64,000 nt of DNA, taken from IMG/VR virus record IMGVR_UViG_3300037962_000450, positions 1 to 64,000 of that record, one strand, 5' to 3'. Under the pieces are notes generated by a model. That model did not search any database, had not been told where the DNA came from, and saw only the letters and a program-made list of their open reading frames with translations. Below, piece after piece: positions 56,427-64,000 of the stretch. Source of the stretch: a virus. Lineage: Duplodnaviria > Caudoviricetes. The position numbers were made by a program, and so were the translations under genes. The stretch's first letter is position 1; every line of letters starts with the position of its first letter.

Positions 56427-59400
56427 ATGTCAAGGTTTGTACTTACAGCACAACTACAACTTCAAGCCCCACGGAACGTCGGTTCTGTTGTGAGGCAAAT
56501 GCAATCTCAGCTTAGCGATATTAAAGTTAAGGTGAGCTTGGATGGAGCTTCACGCACATCATCAGATCTAAACAAGATCAACAAAGATGTTAAGAAAGTC
56601 ACCGATTCTGCCAGCAGAATGGGTAAGGCTTTCGCCGTTTCCGTTAAGAGGTTTGCAGCATTTTCAATTGCCACTAGAACAGTTAGTTTATTTACTAACG
56701 TTATAGGCGGTGCTGTAGAAGAAGCTATAAATTTTGAAAGACAATTAGTTAAAGTATCTCAAGTTACTGGAAAATCTCTATCCCAGTTAAAGGATCTTAC
56801 TAGGGAGATCACAAGACTCTCCACTTCTCTAGGTGTGAGTTCTAGGTCTTTGATTGAAGTTTCTAGGACACTATCTCAAGCCGGTCTTGATGCTCAACAA
56901 ACCAAGGTCGCCCTAGAAGCCCTAGCTAAGACATCCCTCGCCCCAACGTTTGAAGATATCACAGAGACAGCAGAGGGCGCTGTCGCTATCTTCAATCAGT
57001 TCGGACAGGGAGCTGAAGCTTTAGAGAAGCAGCTTGGCGCTATCAATGCTGTTGCCGGAAGATTCGCTGTTGAAGCCGGTGACTTAATATCTACCATCAG
57101 GCGTACCGGTGGTGTCTTTAAAGCCGCAGGTGGTAATCTCAATGAGCTGATTGCTCTATTCACATCTGTAAGAGCCACCACGCGAGAGGCTGCTGAAAGT
57201 ATTGCTACCGGTCTCCGTACTATCTTCACTAGAATACAGAGGCCTTCTACCATTAAGTTCCTAAGAGAGCTTGGTGTTGAACTTTTAAACGCAGAAGGTA
57301 AATTCGTTGGCCCGTTTGAAGCGGTTAAAAGATTAAGCGAGGCTCTTAGCGATATTCAGCCCGGAGATATCAGGTTTGTGCAGATAGCTGAACAGCTTGG
57401 TGGTTTCCGTCAAATCGGTAAAGTGATTCCTATGATACAGCAGTTTGCTGTAGCTCAGGAAGCGTTGAAGGTTGCCATGGATGGGCAGGACTCCTTAGCT
57501 CAGGATGCCATAAGCGCCCAGCAAGCGTTGGCAGTCAGGATAACTAAAGTTAAGGAGGAATTCTTAGCATTAGTAAGGGCGGTGAGTGAGAGTGCAACCT
57601 TCCAGCTCATGGCCAATACAGCCCTATCTCTAGCGTCTGCCCTGATTAAGATTGCCGACGCGCTCAAGCCTCTACTTCCTATGCTTACGCTCATGGCGGG
57701 CATAAAGATATTTAGTGGGCTAAAGAGTTTTGCCGGTGGTATAATGGGCAGAGGCGCTGCTACTCCACAAAAGTTTGCAACCGGCGGTGTGGTTCCGGGC
57801 AGTGGTAATAGAGATACCGTTCCCGCCATGTTAACCCCCGGCGAGTTTGTTATCAGAAAGTCTAGCGTAAAGAAAATCGGCGCAGACAATCTACAGAGAA
57901 TGAATGATGGTGGAGTGGTTCTTAAAGGTACGTTAGCAGACGAATCTATGGGTATATTTGCCCTCACAAGAAACAGAAAAGATACGGAAGGAGATCTTTC
58001 CGTTAAAGACGATTGGGGTTCGTTCTCTATTACCAATAAGAAGGGCGGCATAACAGCGCTTAACTCCAACTTTAGTCTTGGCCTGTCAAACACTGGCGAT
58101 AAATTTGCGGCTTTTAAGAATCTTAACGGCGATGAACAACAGCGAGTATTAGGGCAAACAAAGGCTGGCCGAAAACTTCTTAAAACGCTTAACGACGGTT
58201 ACCCGACCATGAATGCCGACAGCGCAGTCATAGGTACGGCGTCGAAGAGGGCATTTGGAGATGACGCCGAAGGTCGTGAGACTGCGCAACGTAGCGTAAC
58301 GGCTGCTCTCCAAGACGTCCAAGTTCCCGGTTCTGACATACCTGCCTCAGCTATGTTAAGCATATCGGGAACGCAGAAGCAAATGCTGATTGGGCAGGCT
58401 CCCAATGACCCTAGTGACAGTTCGGGCTTGGTTGAAGCTGTTAGACAGCAGGTATATGCAAAATCTTCAGAAAAGCTAAAGGAAGCAGTTACAGAGTTAA
58501 TTGATTCAGATTCTGGTACTATTGCGAAATTAAAAGCTGGCGTAAAGCCAACTATAACATTTAACCAAGGGGCTTTTGATAAACACATAAGCTCCCTCAT
58601 AAAAAACGAAAAAGGTGCTTACTCACAGGCTGTTAAGGGTATAGCCGGTTTCGTGCAGGAGGGATTGATAGCTGGCGTAACCGGGGCAACGCTTGGTGGC
58701 GGGGGGACATCTTTTGACTTCCCGGATGTGTCAGCTCAGCAATCCCAATTATCGTCTCTCTACGGTGGCGACTTCTCAAACATGGAGAGTGGTGACGCAA
58801 AACCAACGGCTGCGCTTGACGAATTTAGAGCAAACGCAAAGAAACTAGCGGACTCAATTGCAAGCAATACCGATAACCGGTTTACAGAAAAAAGTAAACT
58901 TCTGGCTCGTGTAGAAAGAATGGCTACCGGTGGAGCTGTTTCAGATACAGTTCCCGCTCTCCTCACACCCGGAGAGTTTGTTGTTAACAGAAGTTCTGCT
59001 CGGAGGATTGGCTACGGTAATCTCCATAGAATGAACACTAAGGGAGTTCAAGGGTTTGCTTCCGGTGGAATAGTTGGAGGCCCAAGAACATTTGCTAATG
59101 GTGGTAGTGTTGCTACTCAAAACGCCACTCTTAGAACCGAAGAACTACAGATGTTTATGATGCAGATTGGCGCAGCAGCGATTGCAGCTTCGACGGCGGC
59201 AGAGGCTATAGCATCCCACGCAGCAGAGAGCGACGAAAGCGCTGAGATGATAAGGGAGTTAGGTACCCGTGCATCGGCAGCTATTTCTACATTTGGAGCA
59301 ATTAGTGTTGGGCTTGACCAGTGGCAAAACAAGATGGCTGCGGCTGGAGATGTTGCTCTAGAATCCGGTGAGGCGTGGGCAATAGCCGCACAAGCCGCAG

Positions 59401-62400
59401 GAAAAAGCGTAGAAGAAATAGGCTCGATGGCTAAGCGGGGCGGGGCGACTGACAAGGAACGGGACGCCAGAGCGCAATTAGCCCATTTAGGTGGAAAAAA
59501 GGCTGATGAGCAAATAGCCAAGAGGGGGCAAAAGAAATTTGACAAGCTCAGCAGACAGGACGAAAAGCTTGGTACACAAGAAGACGAAAAAAAAGCACAG
59601 GTACAAAAACGAGAGAAACAGATTGGAAAGATTGAGGGGAAGATAAAAAAGAAGAGACAACGACGTAATGAAAACGAAGGCCGAAGAGAGGAGCTTCGTG
59701 TTGCAAAGGTACCTTTAAAGCAAGAACTAGACGAAAGGGAAGCAAAGGCAACACAACTAGACAAGGAAATTACGGGTACGCGACACGAAATCAAAGGTAG
59801 GACTCAAGCCAAGGAAAAGGCTGATCAAACCGTGGCGGACACATTCCAGAGAGGTCAGGAGATTGCTACTGAGCTGGAAGATCGCGACAAGAAAACAGAG
59901 GGCTTAGAAAAATCAAGAGTCAAAAAAGAAAAAGAAGTAGATAGAAACAGACAGGGTGTGACTCGGGCTGTTGAAGCTACACAGACTGCTAGGGAAGAGT
60001 TCCAACTAGACAGAGAACAAAGTAAACACATAAAAATGTCAGCCCCGCCGATGGCTAACGTTGGAGGACAATTCCGATCCAGAACTCCAGAAGAGCAGTC
60101 AGAGCTAGATGATGCAAAGGGAAGGCTGGAAAGACTACAACAAGGTCTACCGGCAGATGGGGGTGCTGTTGGCGGTGGTGGCACCGTTGCTCAGATGCAG
60201 GTTCAGGCTCAGCAGGTAATCATACAGGCCCAGTCTGTTACGATGACAGAGGGTGATGTCAATGTTCCTGTAGTGAAAGACGAAAAGGCAATTGCTGCTG
60301 CTGAAGCTGATGTCGCATCCCTTAGCGGCCCAAGAAGACACGAAGCCGGTGCTGTTAGTACAACTAAAACGAGGGATCTAAACAAGGGAGAAATAGAAGC
60401 GCTGGGTGTGCAGCATGAAAAGGTTAAGACGCTCAAGCAGAATATTGCGTCAGGCGGTCCACTACTACCTTCTACCCCGGAAGAAGAAGCGGCTGTATCT
60501 GGCAAAGTTGCTGACGAACAAGCTGCCGTTGACGCTCTAGCAAAAAGCCGCCAACAACTTAATAGTATTATAGAACAGCAAGCTCAGACTCAAGAAGAGA
60601 TACGACAGTTGAGCCTAGAAGGTCTAGAAGTTACCGAGGCCAATAGAGAAGCCCATCACGAGTCTTGGAAGCAGGCTGTTGCACTTAAAGATGCTAAGTC
60701 AGAACTTTTACATCTCACCAACGAGGAAAAATTAAACAATGAACAGATCCATGATCTTACCGGTCAAATAGCAGAGATAGATGGGGAACGCAGGCAGCTT
60801 ATCTCTGAAAGCATGAAGCTGACTTCTGAGATGAAAGACCTAAGAGAAGAAGAAGCCTTTGCTGCAAAAGAGGTTGAAGAAATCAACAAACAAATTCTAG
60901 AGATTGAAAAACAGAGAAAAGCTGTCCAAGACCAAATGGAAGGAGGGCCTGAAGGTCAGGCGATACAGCATCGGGCATCAATGGTTGCCAGCGCCGCCAG
61001 TGCAGCGGTGGGGGGTGGCGATGCAGGTGATGCAGCGGCTGAAAAGGTGACTTCTGGTATGGAACGCATTAAGGCCGCTTCTGATGGTCTTGCGGATCAA
61101 TTCGGTTCTCAAGAGAAATTCCTCAAAGCCTACTCAACTGAGCTTTCGAGAGGAGTCCCAGCAGGAAAAGCTTTCAACAGGGCTATGAGTCAGGCCGGTG
61201 TGAGCGCAAGCGGTACTGCCAAGAAGACTGGCAAGCTTCGTTCTGCAATGTCTCAAGCAGCAAGTAAGATTAGAGGAGCTGGAGGCAAAATCTCTGGTGC
61301 TTTCTCTAAGTTAAATGCTAAGATGGCCGGTATGGGCAAGGCGGTTGGCGCTGTAATGGCTGTGGGTCAGCAGGCTGTTGCGTTTGTACAAGACTTACAG
61401 CAGAAACAGTTCGACAAAGCGCTGGAACAAGGCGACACAGCTACCGCTGAGGGCATGATTGGCGATATGGGTAAGATGGATATGGTTGGGGGAGCCATGA
61501 GCGGTGCTATGGCTGGCGCAGCCATGGGAGCTATGTTCGGCCCACTCGGAGCAGCTATTGGTGGACTAGTAGGTCTCTTAGGAGGTCTTGCTATGGCTTT
61601 CTTAGGCTTCGAGGCTAAATTTAAAGAGAGAGAAAAGAAGGTAGCCGCCGTAGAGATGAAGAAGGCGAAAGAGGCTACCGGTAAAGCGATGACAGATATA
61701 TCTGAGAAGGGGCTAACGTCTAGTTCTGTGAAGGATGCTACAGCCGCCATTGACGCTCAGGGCGCTGCAATGAACAAGAAGTCCAAGCTGGACGGAAAGA
61801 TGTTGCACTCAGATGAAGAACGTAAGAAGATGGGTGAAGAAATTGCCGCCCAAGAGTTACAGCTAGCAAGCGCTATAGGTTCCAGAGCAACTTCTGAGAA
61901 AGAACTCGAAGAAGCCATGGAAGGACTGCTTAATAATACGACAGGTAACGCCAAGGCTGAGATGGATGCGGCACGATCTGCATTTGCTGTAGCTCAAGCA
62001 AACAGGGCGCTAGCAAAGGCAAACGCTGACCTACTTAAGATTACCTCTGCATTCAATGCCGCAACCAACGCTGTGAGTAATTTTGTCAAAGGTTTGGAAA
62101 CTGGAACTAATAGATTTGATAGCATAGTTACAGACCTAGAAGAATCCCAGAAGAATATCGCTCTTGGTAAGGGTGGTGTTCAGGCTGTCGATAAAGCTAG
62201 AAGCGCAACAATGGAAGGTCTTAAAAGAGCAGGTCTTGATGAAACATCAGAGCTTGGCAAGTCTGTTGCCAGATCGTTTGACCAGCAAGAAAAAGCCGCA
62301 GAGTTCATGGCTAATATGCCTCGCAAACTAGACTCAATGAACTTTACTCAGGGAGACGATGCCGCTACAGTAAGAGATAAGCTGAGATCAGAGCTTATCA

Positions 62401-64000
62401 CAGCCGACATGTCTGGCCCAATGAAAGATATCGTTGAAGGCCAGCTAGCTAAGCTTACCGACAAGCAGCTACAAGCCGTTGCAAGCGGCGAGATGGATAT
62501 CTCTGAATTGCTGCAAGGCATGGGTAAAGACATTAGCAAGCTTGGTGCAGGAGCATTGGCAGCAGCTAAAGCCATGCAAGCTCATGAGCAGGCAATGATA
62601 GGCCTTACGCAGAAGAGAATAGCAGCCGAGAAAAATCTTATCAGCGCACAGATGCAGGCTGTAGATGTCTTTATGGAAGCAGCCGACATACTTGCTCAGG
62701 TTGGTGGAGAAGCCGTTACTCCAGAAATGCGAACACAGGCAACCCTTGAAAAAGCAAACATAGCTGGAAGGGGCTTAGGTTTATCAGACCTTAAAACCGG
62801 AAGCGCCGAAGAGCTTCGCCAAAGAACTAATGAGATTATGCAGGAGTTTGGCAAGCAGGAAATTAAAGGCAGAACTCCGGGAGAATTTGCGGGAGCAGAG
62901 GGACTTGACGCAGACAAGCGTGCCGAACTACAAAAAGCAATGCAAGATCAGATTGCTCTCCACAGAGATCTCATCAAGAACAAGATGGAAGAACTCAAGA
63001 TTCTTGAGAAAAAGAATGCCCTCGAAAAAGAATCTCTAGAAGCCGCCCTCAAGGGTGACATGGAAACATTCCTTAAGAAGCAGGCCGCTGCCGGAGCTAC
63101 CGCAGCAGCAGCAACTGGCGATCAAAGGCTAATGAGAATGTTCGGCGCAGACGCTGTTGGCGAAGCGTTTAGCAATGTCCAGAAAATGCAGCAGGAAGGC
63201 GTGCAAGACGTAGAGGGCATGAATATAGATCAAGTCAAGGCTACCTTGGCGGCAACAGGTCTGGCAATGAGAGGCCTTGGCGATGATCCTAGAATGACAG
63301 ACCTTCTTGCTGGTCAGATGCCTGAGCAGGAAAGGTTGAAGGGTGAAATCGGAGAGCTGGCTATGGGTATGTCCGATACAGCCCAAGCCGCAACAGAGCT
63401 TGCCGAGATGCAGGTTCAGACTGCAAACATGAACATCGCTCAAGCAAACCTCACCTTCCAGAAAACCTTAGAGCACGGAGATGCCCAGTTCAGAAGATGG
63501 GGAGGTCCAATATATGCCAACAGAGGAATGTTTATTCCTAGGGGAACAGATACTGTTCCGGCAATGCTTACACCGGGAGAATTCGTTGTAAGAAAGGAAA
63601 GCGTCAACAGGGGTAATAACCTGCAAATGCTGAAAGCCATTAATCAAGGTTCTTATACAGCAGGGTTCAGCGGGGCTGTTCAAGGCGTTCAAAGGCTGGC
63701 ACGCGGAGGTAGAGTACAGTATCTTCAGGAAGGCGGCGTTGCTGCTGCCGCAGGAGCAGGTGTCGGGATAGACCCAGCACTTGTCAGTCAATTAGCGGCA
63801 AGTCTGGATAGATTCAATTCTGAACTTTCGTCCAATATAGCTTCCCTGCAAAACATGAAGTTCCAGATCAAACTTGATACTACAAACCTGAACGTAAACC
63901 TAAACGGAACAAGCTTCCTCGCCCAACTCAAAGACAGCTTAAAGCAGGAATTGCTGGCAGAAGTTGGAAACAGGATAAAAGATCTCAAGTTCAACAACGC
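56427..64000 (+). CDS. tape measure protein (TP901-type core), more than 2,524 aa, truncated by window end
   Basis: ATG 56427 after AAAAGG; AINFERQLVKVSQVTG...TAEGAVAIFNQF...IATGLRTIFTRI core; frame checked at 57720, 58920, 63540 and 63960; absent from the ORF track because it has no stop in the window. Confidence 0.9.
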   Translation, partial: MSRFVLTAQLQLQAPRNVGSVVRQMQSQLSDIKVKVSLDGASRTSSDLNKINKDVKKVTDSASRMGKAFAVSVKRFAAFSIATRTVSLFTNVIGGAVEEAINFERQLVKVSQVTGKSLSQLKDLTREITRLSTSLGVSSRSLIEVSRTLSQAGLDAQQTKVALEALAKTSLAPTFEDITETAEGAVAIFNQFGQGAEALEKQLGAINAVAGRFAVEAGDLISTIRRTGGVFKAAGGNLNELIALFTSVRATTREAAESIATGLRTIFTRIQRPSTIKFLRELGVELLNAEGKFVGPFEAVKRLSEALSDIQPGDIRFVQIAEQLGGFRQIGKVIPMIQQFAVAQEALKVAMDGQDSLAQDAISAQQALAVRITKVKEEFLALVRAVSESATFQLMANTALSLASALIKIADALKPLLPMLTLMAGIKIFSGLKSFAGGIMGRGAATPQKFATGGVVPGSGNRDTVPAMLTPGEFVIRKSSVKKIGADNLQRMNDGGVVLKGTLADESMGIFALTRNRKDTEGDLSVKDDWGSFSITNKKGGITALNSNFSLGLSNTGDKFAAFKNLNGDEQQRVLGQTKAGRKLLKTLNDGYPTMNADSAVIGTASKRAFGDDAEGRETAQRSVTAALQDVQVPGSDIPASAMLSISGTQKQMLIGQAPNDPSDSSGLVEAVRQQVYAKSSEKLKEAVTELIDSDSGTIAKLKAGVKPTITFNQGAFDKHISSLIKNEKGAYSQAVKGIAGFVQEGLIAGVTGATLGGGGTSFDFPDVSAQQSQLSSLYGGDFSNMESGDAKPTAALDEFRANAKKLADSIASNTDNRFTEKSKLLARVERMATGGAVSDTVPALLTPGEFVVNRSSARRIGYGNLHRMNTKGVQGFASGGIVGGPRTFANGGSVATQNATLRTEELQMFMMQIGAAAIAASTAAEAIASHAAESDESAEMIRELGTRASAAISTFGAISVGLDQWQNKMAAAGDVALESGEAWAIAAQAAGKSVEEIGSMAKRGGATDKERDARAQLAHLGGKKADEQIAKRGQKKFDKLSRQDEKLGTQEDEKKAQVQKREKQIGKIEGKIKKKRQRRNENEGRREELRVAKVPLKQELDEREAKATQLDKEITGTRHEIKGRTQAKEKADQTVADTFQRGQEIATELEDRDKKTEGLEKSRVKKEKEVDRNRQGVTRAVEATQTAREEFQLDREQSKHIKMSAPPMANVGGQFRSRTPEEQSELDDAKGRLERLQQGLPADGGAVGGGGTVAQMQVQAQQVIIQAQSVTMTEGDVNVPVVKDEKAIAAAEADVASLSGPRRHEAGAVSTTKTRDLNKGEIEALGVQHEKVKTLKQNIASGGPLLPSTPEEEAAVSGKVADEQAAVDALAKSRQQLNSIIEQQAQTQEEIRQLSLEGLEVTEANREAHHESWKQAVALKDAKSELLHLTNEEKLNNEQIHDLTGQIAEIDGERRQLISESMKLTSEMKDLREEEAFAAKEVEEINKQILEIEKQRKAVQDQMEGGPEGQAIQHRASMVASAASAAVGGGDAGDAAAEKVTSGMERIKAASDGLADQFGSQEKFLKAYSTELSRGVPAGKAFNRAMSQAGVSASGTAKKTGKLRSAMSQAASKIRGAGGKISGAFSKLNAKMAGMGKAVGAVMAVGQQAVAFVQDLQQKQFDKALEQGDTATAEGMIGDMGKMDMVGGAMSGAMAGAAMGAMFGPLGAAIGGLVGLLGGLAMAFLGFEAKFKEREKKVAAVEMKKAKEATGKAMTDISEKGLTSSSVKDATAAIDAQGAAMNKKSKLDGKMLHSDEERKKMGEEIAAQELQLASAIGSRATSEKELEEAMEGLLNNTTGNAKAEMDAARSAFAVAQANRALAKANADLLKITSAFNAATNAVSNFVKGLETGTNRFDSIVTDLEESQKNIALGKGGVQAVDKARSATMEGLKRAGLDETSELGKSVARSFDQQEKAAEFMANMPRKLDSMNFTQGDDAATVRDKLRSELITADMSGPMKDIVEGQLAKLTDKQLQAVASGEMDISELLQGMGKDISKLGAGALAAAKAMQAHEQAMIGLTQKRIAAEKNLISAQMQAVDVFMEAADILAQVGGEAVTPEMRTQATLEKANIAGRGLGLSDLKTGSAEELRQRTNEIMQEFGKQEIKGRTPGEFAGAEGLDADKRAELQKAMQDQIALHRDLIKNKMEELKILEKKNALEKESLEAALKGDMETFLKKQAAAGATAAAATGDQRLMRMFGADAVGEAFSNVQKMQQEGVQDVEGMNIDQVKATLAATGLAMRGLGDDPRMTDLLAGQMPEQERLKGEIGELAMGMSDTAQAATELAEMQVQTANMNIAQANLTFQKTLEHGDAQFRRWGGPIYANRGMFIPRGTDTVPAMLTPGEFVVRKESVNRGNNLQMLKAINQGSYTAGFSGAVQGVQRLARGGRVQYLQEGGVAAAAGAGVGIDPALVSQLAASLDRFNSELSSNIASLQNMKFQIKLDTTNLNVNLNGTSFLAQLKDSLKQELLAEVGNRIKDLKFNN

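Noticed and set aside
56996-63997. Many minus-strand ORFs (up to 225 aa) in the ORF track
   Set aside because: Antisense shadows of the uninterrupted plus-strand tape measure gene; no RBS or promoter support
21785-64000. Stop-codon reassignment (alternative genetic code)
   Set aside because: Terminase, portal, capsid, fibres and tape measure are all intact under code 11; no suppressor tRNA seen

Overview
This 64-kb window is part of a large tailed dsDNA phage genome (Caudoviricetes). It has a tail tube and a very long tape measure but no sheath gene in view, so it is siphovirus-like. Several cues point to a Planctomycetota host. There are three blocks. (1) 1-7.6 kb: mostly minus-strand auxiliary genes (Hsp20, tmRNA, HAD phosphatase, tRNA-Arg(UCU), cytidylyltransferase, secreted trypsin-like protease, 2OG-Fe(II) dioxygenase). 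(2) 7.9-21.5 kb: a minus-strand early/host-takeover region of about 45 tiny genes. Almost every module has its own TTGACA-N16/17-TATAAT promoter, a conserved upstream box and a CGAAAGG RBS. This block also holds tRNA-Ile(UAU), tRNA-Asp(GUC), DUF932-like and GP88-like genes, and two unusual structured non-coding RNAs with tRNA-like ends (about 170 nt and about 385 nt). (3) 21.7-64 kb: the plus-strand late block behind GTGTATAA/T promoters. It contains a sigma factor, Gmd, HNH, an ERCC4 nuclease, ClpP, terminase, portal, protease/scaffold, decoration protein, major capsid protein, giant tail fibres, head-tail connectors, tail tube, chaperones and a tape measure of more than 2,500 aa that runs off the window. 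The most novel-looking signals are the two expanded tRNA-like RNAs and the repeated promoter/box cassettes that flank the accessory genes. All family calls come from motif recognition by eye; no database searches were run.
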